From Eledone cirrhosa (Eukaryota), in the NCBI GenBank assembly GCA_964016885.1, contig OZ024761.1:28334001-28398000 (forward strand): a stretch of 64,000 nt of DNA, read 5' to 3'. Position numbers and translations under genes: made by a program. Shown piece by piece: positions 27,949 to 43,230 of the stretch; positions within the stretch are counted from its first letter, which is position 1; each line of letters starts with the position of its first letter. Below the pieces are notes generated by a model. That model had not been told where the DNA came from. It worked only from the letters and a program-made list of their open reading frames with translations, and did no database searches.

Positions 27949-28348
27949 GGGGACAATTTGAATACAATGGGGGGAAATTTGAATACAATCGGGGGCAACT
28001 TGAATATAATCAGGGGTAATTTGAATACAATTGGGGGCAATTTGAATACAATTAGGGGTAATTTGAATAGTCAGGGGTAATTTGAATACAATTGGGGGCA
28101 ATTTGAATACAATCAGGGGTAATTTGAATACAATTGGGGGCAATTTGAATACAATCAGGGGTAATTTGAATACAGTCAGGGGTAATTTGAATACAATTAG
28201 GGGTAATTTGAATACAATTGGGGGCAATTCGAATACAATTGGGGGCAATTTGAATCCAATCGGGAGGGGGGGGGGGCAATTTGAATACAGTCAGGGGTAA
28301 TTTGAATACAATTGGGGGCAATTTGAATACAATCGTGGGCAATTTGAA
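27949..28348. repeat. 21-bp minisatellite
   Basis: GGGG(C/T)AATTTGAATACAAT(TG/CA) repeated about 19 times. Confidence 0.95.
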
Positions 28349-29761
28349 AGTGATATAATATAACCAAACTTCCAGTTACACTTCATCGAGACATGTTATT
28401 GTGTATCTGGCAGCAACTACGAGCAGTTTGTTTACACTTTGGAGTTGATTTTGATCATCATCGCTGCATTTAGGATTTCTACTTTATATTCCATTAATTA
28501 CACTTTACAAAACTCAGTTTGTTTTTATATCAAAGGGGGACATAAACAATTTTTTAGATGTTGAGGCAGAAAATGGAGCAAATAAAAAATTGAAAACCAC
28601 TGCCCTAACCACTAAACCACACACCATAACACAAAAAACAATGACAGCAACAACGACAGTAACAGCTAGAACAACACATACCTGTCTTTGAATTTCTTGT
28701 TTTTCTTCTTTCTCTCCCTGCGTTCTGTTGAACTACTTTCGTTCCTGAAGAGAAGAAAAAACAAAGGAAAACGACGGCATGAGACACAACCAACACTAAT
28801 TCTGGTCTTTGCTTACTTTAGCTCAGCTTTTGTTCAACATTTAAACACACGGGAGATTATAAATCCACTTTTCTAAGAATGGATGGACAAGACAATTGAT
28901 CTATAGCAAAGTAGCTTTTTGTTTTGTGTTTATGTGAGTGTATGTGCATGTGTGAAGGTGTGTGTGTATATGTGCATGTGCGCAGGTGTGTGTGCATGTG
29001 TGCAGACGTGTGTGTGTGCTTGTGTGTAGGTATTTGCTTTTGTTTTATTTTTTATTTTTTTGTTTTGTTTTATGTTTTTTATATGTTTGTTGGGTTTTTT
29101 TTTTTATTGTTAATTTTTTTTTCTGCCGTTCTCCATCATTAAACTGCAGCCATAATGAATCTATCATGTTATTGACTCTTATAGTTATTTAAGCCTGATA
29201 ATTATTTTATGGATTTCTGTTTATTGAACAGTTTAGTTACATTTTGACATAAAGAGATGTAACTTTTAATACAGTTTTTCACCACACACACACTGATGCA
29301 CACACACACAACCATTCTTCGATCGAAAGATTCAACAAGTATAAAAAGAGCTCAATACTTTTAGCAAACAGAATATGTTGAATTTATTTCCTCTTAACTA
29401 ACCATTTATAGTGGACAACACAGAGCTACTGTAAAAAAGGAAACACATTTGTTCAAGATACCAAGCAGTGGGACTAAAGTCAGAAGCACATGATTGCAAA
29501 ACAAACTTCTTAACCACACTGCTTCAAGAGATACAGAAACACATTCTTTTGTATTTTTATTATATATATATATATATGTCGTCAAATCGGACTGAGGAAA
29601 TAATGTTTCCATCCGTCTTTCCAGTTGCTAGTACTATCTATCGGTCGCAACTCCAGGTTGAAGGTGTGTGTATATATATATATATATATATATTGTCCAA
29701 TAAATGAAAGTTGGTTTATCATATAATCCGCTGACAAAAAAACCCACAAATCTCAAACAAT

Positions 29762-29822
29762 CTGAAGAGAACATTTCAGAAGGTTATTATGCAACCACTC
29801 TGACATCTTCGAAATACGTATA
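29762..29822 (+). ncRNA. Hammerhead core, stem I not evident
   Basis: CTGAAGA-GAACATTTCAGA...TCTGACATCTTC-GAAA-TACGTA-TA. Confidence 0.6.
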
Positions 29823-30038
29823 ACAGAACTATGTATTAAACAGATGTACTCATAAAACTATCTCTCTTCTTCATAATATATATATATATATATAGAAATA
29901 TATATATATATATATATATATATAGGTACATAAGAACGCACGTACACACAACCATACTCATACAAACGAACGGCCACTCATACAAATACATACATACATG
30001 TACTCATAAATAAACGCATATACACAGGCACATAAATA

Positions 30039-30271
30039 CAGCTCTACAGGCAGAAAAAGCACAACAACTTTGCAACTTTCAAATACCTTAAGCCAGTGTT
30101 AATGCCAGATGGCTAAAAAAGACTTCCCCTTTTTTTTTATTTTTTAAACGCCACTCGACAAAATAGCCCCTCTACCTCCTCCCCACCCTACCCCTACCCC
30201 CTCTCGACCTGAAACACGGCACTATGGTTATGTAAGTACCTCTTACCTATCTGCTTTTTCTGCCTGTAGAG

Positions 30272-30274
<3 letters not shown>
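30039..30274. mobile_element. MITE-like element with about 23-bp TIRs and TA flanks
   Basis: TA|CAGCTCTACAGGCAGAAAAAGCA ... TGCTTTTTCTGCCTGTAGAGCTG|TA. Confidence 0.6.
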
Positions 30275-30328
<54 letters not shown>

Positions 30329-30520
30329 ATGATCATCATTATCATTTAACATTTATTTTCCACACTTGTATGGGTTAAATGGGTTGTCACATTATGAGAC
30401 AAGCCAGGTACAAAGACCAGGTCATGCTGTGCATGGATCTGTATTTTTGCTTGGTTTCTACAGCTGGATGCCCTTCCTAAAACTAACTGCGTTAGATAGC
30501 ATATAATAATAACAATAAAG

Positions 30521-30660
30521 GTTTCTACTTTAGGCACAAGGCCAGTAATTTGAAGGGGGAGGGGAACGTCGATTAAATCGACCCCAGTACATTACTGGTA
30601 TTTATTTTATCGACTCCCAAGAGGATAAAAGGCAAGGCAAAGCTAACCTCGGTGGGAGTG
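30521..30660 (-). mobile_element. SINE family 2, partial
   Basis: Reverse complement of the core. Confidence 0.65.
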
Positions 30661-31675
30661 TAAAGTGGCGTAGCTATGCTACGAAGCATGGTGGCTGATG
30701 CTCCGCTGACACTGCCAATAAACATCAAGTCAATAACAACAATAACAACAACAATGACAACCGTATGGAGATGATAAAAAGTATACAGTATTGACACCCC
30801 ACTCCACCTATATAGGACACTAGCCTATCATAATGTGTAACTTTTATTCTTTTTTTAACAGAAGCCTGAACAATTAAACTGATAAATATTTCGTTTTCCT
30901 TATTTATATATATAAAAAGATAATATATATATATATATAAGTATTATTTTTACCACCTCCAAACATATAATAAAATAAAAATTTAAAAAAATAAAGTCCA
31001 AACGAAAATATAAAAAAAAACCCTGACATAAGTGGAAAGTGGAATTAACCAAAAAAAAAAAAAAAAAATTGTTATATCTTCAAACTTTTGCTAAAATTAC
31101 AAAATAACTTCTTTTCCTTCCAACTGGAAGCCAAAAGAATTAAATGTATACATATATATATATAATCACACACACACACATATATATGTATATATATATA
31201 TATATATATGATTATATATATATATATGGTCTTCCCCTAAATATGAAAAACATAATAGCTATAATAGCCTCCAACAAAATAGGTCTACTTCCCTGACACC
31301 GGAGAATATTTGAAATATATTGTAGAATAGACAACTAAAAGAAGAAGAACACTAAAATTATAAAAGACAAAATCTACCCTACACCAAGCAATATCCTCTG
31401 GGCTAAAACATTCGTCTATAAACAAAATCGCTTTCACATTTCCCTACCAGAAACCTGAAATATTGATCTTTATTTCTGGTTAGATTATTTCAGGAATAAA
31501 CAAAGGAAATGGAGGATGGGAATGGCAGCGTGGTTAGGGAGTTTCATTCATAATCTCTCTATGATGGAGTTCTGTCAAGTTTAACAGCACTTTGAGCAAG
31601 GACCCCCAACTGTAGTCTCGGGTTTAAACTTAATGAATTAGTAGGTTAGAATGTCTCAGGGAAAAAAAAAAAAAA

Positions 31676-31899
31676 ATTGCTGGACAGATTTTACAGACAT
31701 AACCAACTGGCAGCAAGAGACCCAGTGGTAGACCCTGCGTAAGATGGTTGAATGACATCCTTGAACTCGACAGGTCTCACTTGGGGTTCCAGCTGGATCA
31801 ATTGGAGACGGTTGCATCTCACAGGACTCGCAGGAAGGAGTGTTTGAGCACCTTGCCCCCACAACCCTCCGAGGAATAAGTAGGCAAAGAAGAAGAAAA
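31676..31899 (+). mobile_element. RTE LINE 3' end
   Basis: KRPSGRPCVRWLNDI..LPPQPSEE stop; (GAA)n tail. Confidence 0.65.
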
Positions 31900-32165
31900 A
31901 TTAGTAGAGAAAATACATCATATATTTATATAGAAATGACTCCCATAGGACTAGTCCTGTTTCATTTGAAATCAATAGATTAGTAAAGAAAGTAAATCAT
32001 ATATTTCATATATGAAATGACTTCAACAGGACTAGAACTGTTTCATTTGAAATCAATAGATTAGTAAAGAAAGTAAATCATATATTTCATAAATGAAATA
32101 ACTTCTACAGGACTAGAACTGTTTCATTTGAACTCAAGGAATTAGTAGACAAAGTACATTGTATA
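31900..32165 (-). repeat. About 81-bp tandem array, same unit as 26835-27320
   Basis: GGACTAG at 31948, 32029 and 32110. Confidence 0.85.
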
Positions 32166-32311
32166 TTGGGCCATTCCATAAATTATGTGTTTTTTTCAAT
32201 TGCCTGCAATAAAAGTCAGAGGGGTGGGGATAAACACCTGCATTAACAGGTATTAAATCCCTCTCATCCTCATTCTTAGTGCAAGCTTTGAAATGTGCAG
32301 TTTATCTTAAC

Positions 32312-32527
32312 TTAACATTTTAGCATTTAAACCGGCCATATCCAGCCAGAATTCTCTCACCTCTTTCTCTTCAAACTGGCCATAACCAGCCCCTAATACT
32401 TATATTAAGCTATTGTTCTCAAAATAAGTAATATCAAAATCTCGTAGATTCGATATTATGTGAGGTAAAGCTTTTACCGTGAAAATATAATATTAAATAT
32501 AGAGTAATGTGAATGCTAAAGGATTAA
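32312..32527. mobile_element. piggyBac-type MITE
   Basis: TTAA|CATTTTAGCATT ... AATGCTAAAGGA|TTAA; homolog at 35254-35469. Confidence 0.6.
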
Positions 32528-32562
32528 AGAAATAAAAAACCAGTATAAAAAAACTGCCTTAT

Positions 32563-32757
32563 TGTGGATTGGCAGTATCAATAGGGTGTTGGACGCCATG
32601 CTTTCCGGCATAGAGTTACGTTCCTTTACGGTCTGAGTTCAAATCCCGCTGAGGTTAACTTTGCCTATCATCCTTACAGAGTCGATAAAATAAAATAAAG
32701 CAGAAGTAATGCATTGGGATAATTGCTGGCCTTGTGCCAAAAGTTGAAACAATTATT
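32563..32757 (+). mobile_element. SINE family 2
   Basis: A and B boxes plus core. Confidence 0.78.
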
Positions 32758-33191
32758 CTATGTATTATACATGCACCTTTGATGAATTGTAGTGCAGCTG
32801 AGCAATGTACAGAATAATTTTGATTATTATTATATATAGCTATGCTGAGGTATGTATAGTTTAATGAATGTAGATAAGCTGACAAATAGATGCACAAATA
32901 CACCAAAATGGAAAAAATATAGAAATTACAATGTAGACTAAAATAAAAATAAAAAAACAAACAGAAATGTGTTAAGAACAAAGAAATATATATCTACCTC
33001 CTGGATTGGAGACTGCTCTATGGCAAATTAGATTTGTTTATTCCCCCGTGGGGTGGGATGGGGGGGGGGGATCAGAGATAGATTGCCTGTATGTTTCTTA
33101 AATATATGTGTGTGTCTGTGTGTACGCATACAGAAAAATATGGGTAATATATAGACATATATATGTATGTATACATATGTTTGTGTGTGTC

Positions 33192-33235
<44 letters not shown>

Positions 33236-33281
33236 CACATATATATTAAATCTACTGAACCACCAATTATATATATATATA

Positions 33282-33319
<38 letters not shown>

Positions 33320-33355
33320 CATATACATGTGTCTGTCTCTCTCTTTCTCTCTCTC

Positions 33356-33389
<34 letters not shown>

Positions 33390-33393
33390 TATG

Positions 33394-33429
<36 letters not shown>

Positions 33430-33487
33430 TATGTATATATATATATATTTATATATATATATATTTATATATATATATATATTTATG

Positions 33488-33522
<35 letters not shown>

Positions 33523-33895
33523 GTATGTATATATATATATATATATATAATATACACACATATATCTGCATATACATAAATGCATACATAGGTCCAGACA
33601 TATTTTCATATACGTATGTTTGAGAAAGAAAAATTCCAAGAAACGCTAAAGGAGACATATAATATACACAACAACAACAACAGCAACAGCAACAGCAACA
33701 ACAGATATAAGAATATGGAGTGATAAATCTGCCCTCAGGATTGTGATAGGAAGAATTTATAATCACAGGCAAATTACTTGTATTGCTTCGTGAAAATATA
33801 TATGTGCATATGTGTACAAATGGTACAAATATACCTATGTATATATAGTATATCAACATATATAAATATCACGGACAAGCACGTATGTATAAATG

Positions 33896-33927
<32 letters not shown>

Positions 33928-34110
33928 TAAACACGCACTTATATAATATTTACATATATATATATACACACATATATAAACACGCACTTATATAATATTT
34001 ACATATATATATACACACAAATATATATATATATATTTATATATATATATATACACACCACATATATAAACACGCACTTATATAATATTTACATATATAT
34101 ATACACACAA

Positions 34111-34142
<32 letters not shown>

Positions 34143-34172
34143 ATATACACACACATATATATATACATACAA

Positions 34173-34204
<32 letters not shown>

Positions 34205-34324
34205 ATATATACACACACATATATATATACACACATATACATATATATTGTACATATACATTATCAGGAAAACAGACCTTAAATGATTATTATGATGATA
34301 TTTGATATGATATATATATATTTT

Positions 34325-34772
34325 ATAATAATAATAATGAAATATTGTGTACAGTGCTCAGGTGCACTACAACTCATCAAAAAGTGTATGTATAGTACAT
34401 AGGGTAATGTACAAACGTCAGTAAAATGAACAGTGCATGAGTCATGATATTCACGTGTGCATGTGTATGGAAGGGGTACATCAGGTGTAGTTTTGGCGAA
34501 TTTCGGGAAGCATGAGGGTTTTAAAGGATGCAGTGTCTCAGCAGCTAACAACTGACGCAGGTAGTTTGTTCCATGCTTCAGCAACTCTGAGCGTGAAAAA
34601 ATGTTTCCGAAAGTCATGGGAGCTGTGCTGTTTTCTGATTTTGTAGGCATGTCCACGTGTGTTAGACACATGGAGATCAAAAAGGTGCTCAGGGTTGTTG
34701 TTGGCGAGATGGTTAATAACTTTGTGGGTGTTTACCAAGTCCATTGCCAGACATCGGAGCTTCCATGAATCC
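34325..34772 (-). mobile_element. CR1 LINE 3' end
   Basis: [25 protein letters not shown]; (TTA)n tail. Confidence 0.85.
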
Positions 34773-34841
34773 ATATGATATATATATATATGTGTGTGTA
34801 TGTATATAAATATATATATATATATATGTATATATATATTT

Positions 34842-34886
<45 letters not shown>

Positions 34887-35253
34887 GATATATATATATA
34901 TATATATTTAGATATATATATATATTCTGAAGAAATAAAGTTAATAAGTCTCCAAGAACGAAGAGAATGTAACAAAAGAAAAACACAACGGTATCAAAAC
35001 AAATATTAAAATATTGAATATGTGTGGAGATAAACTTACACCCCAGGATAGAAAATGATCTATCGCAACAGAGCTTCCATCCCATCCACCTTCTGCAAGA
35101 AGAAGTTACAAGGACTGAACTCTCTTCCGAAATATTGGTTTTAGTGTTTATAAAACATTAATGTGGAATACTGGTGGGGTGTGGTGGTGGTGGTGATGGG
35201 TGGTGTTGGTCATGGTGGTGGTTGTTGGTGGATCCTCAATTGTGGACCTAGCC

Positions 35254-35798
35254 TTAACCCTTTAGTATTTAAACCGGCTGTATCTGGCCAGAACTCTCTC
35301 ACCCCTTTCTGTTCAAACCAGCTGTAACTGGCTGCTCATACCTACATTAAGGTAATGTTATGAAAATAAATATCATCAAAATCTCGTACATTCGATATTA
35401 CATGAGATAATTATGTAAGATAATGCCTTTACTGTGAAAATACAATAGTATATATAGAGAAATGTAAATCGGACTCTTCTATAAAAACACCTAGTGATTG
35501 TTGCCAGATTTGAAGTCAGACTGCAAACCTCCAAAATCAAATACAGCACAGCATCTCCTTAACCCTTTAGTTACCAAACTAGCCAAAACCAGCTCTGCTT
35601 CTATGAAATAAAGCCACGCATTTTAAAGGTGTCCAATTTAAATTCCAATCTTCCAACATAATTTTATATAAGAACCTTACGTTAAGTTACTATCTTAGTA
35701 GTGAAGTATTGAATAATTTTAGTAAATCTCTCAAAATTCTTCATTAATTAATTAAAATAGAGTGTATTTCATTAGAAATGCAGTCATGAAAGGGTTGA
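35254..35798. mobile_element. Two piggyBac-type MITE relics
   Basis: TTAACCCTTTAG starts at 35254 and 35559; AAAGGGTTGA end near 35798. Confidence 0.5.
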
Positions 35799-36560
35799 AT
35801 GTCCAGAGTTTATAGATACAGAACCAATACTACAAAGCATTTTATCCCATTAGCAACCAATATTTCTAATGAAAAACTACTACCTGTGAGCTGTAAAAAA
35901 TTAATTTTGAAAATAATAATAATAATAATAATAAAATGAAGATTTGTAGTGAAATAACTACATGCTTCTTTATTAAATGGATGTTTGGAGCACGTTGAAC
36001 CCTAAACAAATATATTCTTCCATTAAAATTATGGAGAAGTTATAAATTTAAACATGAACACTTTAATAGAGCCAGGTGTACATAGGGCTGTTGTAAAAGG
36101 ACTTTTTCAAATTTAAATTTCTATAACATTAGTTCTATCATAGAATTAATCTGTAAAGAGAATTTAGAAGCATGTGCCATTCATTTGTTTGTTGTCAATC
36201 AAAGTATTTATTATAATTGTTTATAGTGTTATTGTAGCTGTTTTATTATTACTTCAAATTTATTTTATGGGGAGATATAAAGACTACTGTTTATACAACT
36301 AAGCCTTGTTGTATAAGTGACTTGTGACCTAAGAATAACTAATGAGATTCAGAGCAGAATTAATTGAAAATCAACTGCAAAATGTATTCCAAGAACTTCA
36401 GTGTCAAATTACAGACAAAGTCTAAAGTCTATCACAAGACTTGATCTTCATTAGACTAGTGCTAATCCCAATAATTCAAGAGCTAATTTTGGCATACCGC
36501 CTATGGCAGCACCATAGTTACCATTATACACACGTATATATATATATATATGTATATATA

Positions 36561-36901
36561 TCATCATCATCATCATCATTTTACGTCCGCTTTTCCCTGC
36601 TTGCAGGGGTGGGACGGGAACTGATGCTGGCTTGATTTCTACAGCTGGATGCCCTTCCTAACACCAACCTCATTTACAGTGAGTGCTGGGTGCTTTTTTT
36701 CCGTGGCATCTCCACGACCACTTTGCAGTGGAATGATAGGGACCCCAGTCCCTATCATCTCATTTCTACAGCTGAGTAAACTGGAGCAATGTGAAATAAA
36801 GTGTCTTGCTCAAGGAAACAACACATCACCTGGTCTGAGAATTGAACTCACAACCTTTCGATTGCAAGGCCAATGCTCTAACCACTAAGCCATGTGCCTC
36901 C
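36561..36901 (-). mobile_element. CORE-SINE family 1
   Basis: Full-length reverse copy. Confidence 0.88.
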
Positions 36902-36981
36902 ATATATATATAAATATTATTATCATTATTAAATTCAATATTACAATGAAGACAAAACAGAGAAATGTAAGTGTATATATA

Positions 36982-37753
36982 TCTATATATATGAAACTGA
37001 GGATGTCTGTCTGTGTGTGTGTGAGTTTGAATCCTTAAAACTCGAGAACCACCCAACCGACTGTTTTCAAACTTTACACATGTAATACTTATGTTTCAGG
37101 GAGTGTTCTGAGCAAAAACAATTTCAAATTTTCAATGCTCTAGGGACCGCATTAGGCGATTTAGCGATCTCTTTCTATAATTCTTAGTCTTTCTCTTTTT
37201 AGATAGATACATACATATAACGTCGCGCCCTTATAATATCTGTTTGTATGTCTGGCTGTGTGTATTAGGTCACTTCTGTGAGGATATGTGTGTGTGACTG
37301 TGAGTTTGAATCCCTAAAACTCGAGAAGTACCCAACCGATGTTTTTCAAACTTTACATGTGTATTACATATGTTTCAGGGAGTGTTATGCAACATTTTGA
37401 TCTCCTAGGGCCCGCATTAGGTGAAAAACTGTGTTTTTTAAGATTTTTAGGGTTCTTTTGAGGCGTTACGTCAGACCGATTTCCTTGAGATTGTAATAAT
37501 GTATTAGTCAGTCTCTTCTTCATACCCTGAGCAAACAAAATCCAACTTTTTTATGGCCTAGGGCCCGCATTAGGTGAAAACCTGCATTTTTCCTGCTTCA
37601 TCGAGGAAAATCTGAAAGAATATCCAGCCATCAGAGTATTCGGTTTATTTTCTTGACATATTGTCCAGGCATGCAGTTTTTCCATGATTAGGTCTGTTGG
37701 CGGCCCGTGTTCCAAAATACCTTACCCCGTGCAACGCCGGGTACCTCTGCTAG
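36982..37753 (+). mobile_element. Non-autonomous Helitron
   Basis: A|TCTATATATATGAAA start; subterminal hairpin CCCGTGCAACGCCGGG; CTAG|T end; internal duplication about 37000-37160 vs 37280-37420. Confidence 0.7.
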
Positions 37754-37840
37754 TATATATATATATGTGTGTGTCTATAGGTCTACATGCATGTATGCCT
37801 GTGTGTGTATACATATATGTGTATATATATATATATATAC

Positions 37841-37888
<48 letters not shown>

Positions 37889-37944
37889 ATATGCAAACCT
37901 ATACGTGTATACCTTCAAGGGAGTGTGTGATTGTATATCGATAC

Positions 37945-37979
<35 letters not shown>

Positions 37980-38008
37980 CCTCTGTGTGTGTATTTATGT
38001 ATATCTAT

Positions 38009-38039
<31 letters not shown>

Positions 38040-38108
38040 AGACTGAACTCAAGAAAGATGAGAGTTTATATACATATATATGTATAACCAAATGTCAGAG
38101 AGATGAGA

Positions 38109-38152
<44 letters not shown>

Positions 38153-38156
<4 letters not shown>

Positions 38157-38352
38157 TCATCATCATCATCATTTTACATCCGCTTTTCCCTGCTTGCAAG
38201 GGTGGGATGAGTCTTATTCAGCACAGCATCTCTCCACTCGTCACGGTCCTTCATCATCTCCACCGTGAGCTTCAATGATCTCAGGTCTGTTCTCACCACC
38301 TCCGCCCATGTTTTTCGTGGTCTACCTCTACCACGTCTTCCTTCAACTGGCT
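38153..38352 (-). mobile_element. RTE LINE 3' end
   Basis: Homologous to 20147-20344. Confidence 0.78.
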
Positions 38353-38359
38353 ACTCTGC

Positions 38360-38500
<141 letters not shown>

Positions 38501-38668
38501 TATATACAGACATACATACACATATGTTACTTATGTTTCTTTCTCTGAAGATTAAAAGCTGAACAAACATTCGATTGGAGTATTGCCATTTGATGAAAAA
38601 TTATTCACAGGTTGTCTATATACATACATGTCTGTATGGCTATATATATACATATTTATATACATACA

Positions 38669-38766
<98 letters not shown>

Positions 38767-38806
38767 TGTGTATACATATATATACATATGTATACATATG
38801 TATACG

Positions 38807-38865
<59 letters not shown>

Positions 38866-39111
38866 GTGTGTGTGTGGGGAGTGTTTGTGTATATAAAAGT
38901 ACTTGAAGGAAAGCATTAACTGTGTAGATAGATCTGTTATGTACACATGGACAGCAGTTGGTTTCAATGGTTGCACTTTTAAATATCTCTAGCACTAAGA
39001 TACTCTGTGTGAATTTCAGTGAACGCCATACACACATATTTATATATATATATATAAGTGTGTGTGTGTGTGTATACATGTATGAGGATATATATATATA
39101 TACACACACAC

Positions 39112-39157
<46 letters not shown>

Positions 39158-39633
39158 ATATACATGTATGAGGATATATATATATACACACACATATAAA
39201 TATATATATATATGAGTGTGTGTGTGTGTGTGTGTGTATGTATGAGGATATATATATACACACACACACATATATATATATATTATATATATATATATAT
39301 ATGAGTGTGTGTGTGTGTGTATATACATCTATGAGTGTGTGTGTGTGTATATATACATGTATGAGGATATATATATATATAGGAAATGTATGTAAAGCAC
39401 TAACATGCTTGCATACACACACAAACACACACACGCACACACACACACACACACACATATATATAACATATAAACGTTTCTAGCTATATATACCTATATA
39501 CATTCATGCATATTCCTACGCGGTTTTATCCATTCATAGATACATACATATGTACGTATATACATACATACAGACACACAATAGACATCATTTTCCATAT
39601 ATATGCATATACAGAAATCCATAGACACACCTA

Positions 39634-39668
<35 letters not shown>

Positions 39669-39724
39669 GCATATACATATATATATATATACATATATAC
39701 ACACACACATATATATACATATAT

Positions 39725-39789
<65 letters not shown>

Positions 39790-40142
39790 CACATATATAT
39801 ATATATACATATATACACATATATATATATATACACATATATACACACATATATACATATACACACATATATACACATATATATATATATATACACATAT
39901 ATACACATATATATATATACACATATATACATAGATACACACACAAGTACATATATATATACACACATATATACATATATATATACACACACATATATAT
40001 ATATACATACATACATATACATACACACATATATACATATATATATACACATATATATATATACATACATACATATACATACACATATATATGCATATAT
40101 ATACACACATACATATACATACACACATATATGCATATATAT

Positions 40143-40187
<45 letters not shown>

Positions 40188-40390
40188 TAGATGAATATCC
40201 ACATGCTGCTAAAAATAAAAACTCTGATACAAACAAATAAGAGCAAAAAATAAATAAATATATATATATATGTATGTGTGTGTGTGTGTGTATGTGTGTT
40301 CATATATCAATATATCAATATATATATATACATATATATATATATGTGTGTGTGTGTGTATGTGTGTTCATATATCAATATATCAATATA

Positions 40391-40519
<129 letters not shown>

Positions 40520-40546
40520 GTATATGTATATATATATATATGTGTA

Positions 40547-40604
<58 letters not shown>

Positions 40605-40991
40605 AACTAAAACAACACAAAATCAGATACAAGAAAAGTAAACAGAACAACAAACACACAAAAACAAGACAAAAAAAGTATAAAGTAAAACAGGGTAGTG
40701 AAATGGTGGGAGGGGCAAAAGTAGTGGAGGGAGAAGGAGGAGGAGGATGATGGGGGGAAGGGCGAGGGGGGAGGAGGATGATGGGGGGAAGGGCGAGGGG
40801 GGGGGGGTGGTCTGATGTTATCAAACAGGATATAAAGCTGCTTACTACAAGACAGCTCTTGTTCTCTTTCTGCAACCCTCTTTTCTAAACATCACTGGAT
40901 TTTCAAAGACCCATGTTTTGCTTCCAATAATATCCATTTATATGCCAATCTGTCTCACTAGATTAACTCACACACACATACATACACTCTA

Positions 40992-41023
<32 letters not shown>

Positions 41024-41024
41024 C

Positions 41025-41058
<34 letters not shown>

Positions 41059-41107
41059 GAATGCATGTACGTGTATATGCCTATATATATATGTATATCT
41101 GTGCATG

Positions 41108-41144
<37 letters not shown>

Positions 41145-41607
41145 TGTATATATATATATATACACATATGTATATATATATATATACACATATATACATA
41201 TATATATGTATATATATATACATATATATACATATAAATATATATATATATGTATATATGTATATGTGTGTGTATATATATATATATAACACATATATAC
41301 ATATATATATATACATATATATATATTACAAAAAAAAAAAAAAGTGAGAAAATAACCTGAAACAAACAATCTTTTAATCTGTTAATTGATTCTAGCAGTG
41401 AACAAAACGTGTAGAATGAGGAAGAGCTGTCTTCGTCAACCCCCTACCCCCACCACAACCACACCCAACCCCGCCATCTTTTTTGTATTATTGTTTGTTT
41501 CATCTCTACCTTTACGTTCCCTTTTACATTCTATTTTTTCATTTCCGCCCCCGCCCCAATTTTTTTTCATCTCTCTCGGTTTCTAGGGTAGCTGTTTATG
41601 TTATGTT

Positions 41608-41840
41608 GTTGGGATTTTTGGTTGGGGGGTTTTGGGTTGGGGGGGATTTTGTTGGGGGTGGGGGGGGGCTTTGGGGGGGTTGGTGGGGGGGGTTTTGGTT
41701 GGGGGGTTTTGGGTTGGGGGGATTTGTTTGGGGCGGGTTGGTTTGGGAGTTTTTGGTTGGGAGGGGGTTTGATTGGGTTTTTTTTGGTTGGGAGGGGTGG
41801 TGGAGGTTTTTTGGTTGGGGGGTTTTTGGTTGAGGGGTTT
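41608..41840. repeat. G/T-rich low-complexity tract
   Basis: Many G3-G7 runs separated by T runs. Confidence 0.85.
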
Positions 41841-41847
41841 TATATAT

Positions 41848-41883
<36 letters not shown>

Positions 41884-41943
41884 GTGTGTATATACATATG
41901 TATAGATAGATGGCACATCATCATGCATACCATCATCACCATC

Positions 41944-41976
<33 letters not shown>

Positions 41977-41982
41977 AATATG

Positions 41983-42013
<31 letters not shown>

Positions 42014-42227
42014 CTAATAAAATATATTGTATCCTGTAGACAAAATGATAATTGGAAATATATCAGGGGTGTATATTAAAATAAATATATATATATGTTT
42101 TACCATGGACTTAGAATAATTTCCTGACAGAAAAAAAATGGAAATATATAAACATATATAACACCTTTCTTTATCAGCAATGAAGAGAAGAGCGAATTTT
42201 AAAACGATAGTTTACATAGTGTAAGTT

Positions 42228-42569
42228 CAGGAGTTCTCAACCTTTTTCTCGCTGTGGACCACCAAAATAAGTAACTTTTTCCTGTGGACCACCTAAACTT
42301 TTAAATCTTTTGTAATAGAACTGTGCTACTTATAAGCATCAGCAGATATTTTTTTTTTCAATGAATTAGAAAATGCTATTATCATGTCGCAGTGCCTAAA
42401 AATCTACGCAAATAAACAGCTGAAGTCGTACTTATCCGAAGAATAAGAACAGCGCTTTAAGTCAAATGCATGGATCAAAAAAGAATTTGCTATTGAAAAT
42501 TTTCTGTGGACCACCTGAATTTTCCTGTGGACCACTAGTCGTCCACATGGACCAGGTTGAGAACCCCTT
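42228..42569. mobile_element. hAT (Charlie-like) MITE
   Basis: CAGGAGTTCTCAACC ... GGTTGAGAACCCCT TIRs; repeated subterminal GTGGACCAC; imperfect 8-bp TSD. Confidence 0.7.
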
Positions 42570-42984
42570 CTGTAGTTCATAGTAGAGAATTCATTCTCTT
42601 CCGTGTTACGTAAACTCTAATTTCCAGCCTATCCTGCTGATGAATACACCAGTGGGTGTGTATATAATTATACATTAGTGGTTAGTAGAATCGTAATTCT
42701 ATGTCCAGGTAAGAAATATATATTTATTTTGATATATTTATCACACTTAATTTCTGTAGTCTTATTGTCTGTATTATTCAATAACTTATAGCTTAATTTA
42801 ATATTGTATGAATGAATTTTTTTGACCAATCTGATGACTTGGTAAAAAGAGAACAACATTTTGCATTGAGCGTAATTTATCAACAAAACACTCACACATA
42901 TAGATTTCCGAGTTGTATCAGGAAGTGGGTGGGAGGTAACCACAGTTAAAAATGGTACTCAATACATTGGTAAAGTATAGACAT

Positions 42985-43143
42985 TTGACGGCATGCTTTG
43001 CAGCATAGTTATGTCCCTTTACGAACTGAGTTCAAATCCCACCGAGGTTAACTTTGCCTTTCATCCTTATGGGGGGCGATAAAATAAAGTACCAGTAATG
43101 TACTGGGTATTTGCTGGCCTTGTGCCTAAAGTAGAAACAATTA
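42985..43143 (+). mobile_element. SINE family 2
   Basis: B box plus core. Confidence 0.75.
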
Positions 43144-43154
43144 TATATATATAA

Positions 43155-43230
43155 AGAAATGACTGTTACAAGACTAGAAATGTTCATTCATATGAATGAA
43201 ACAGTTCTAGACCTGTAGAAGTCATTTCTA
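43155..43230. mobile_element. Family B mini-palindrome
   Basis: Centre CATATG (43189-43194) lies inside stem II. Confidence 0.65.

Noticed and set aside
42637-42660. Isolated CTGATGA plus hairpin (also 42821, 46185-46191 minus, 46681, 35092)
   Set aside because: A matching GAAA/UH or stem I is missing or too degenerate, so these were not counted as ribozymes.
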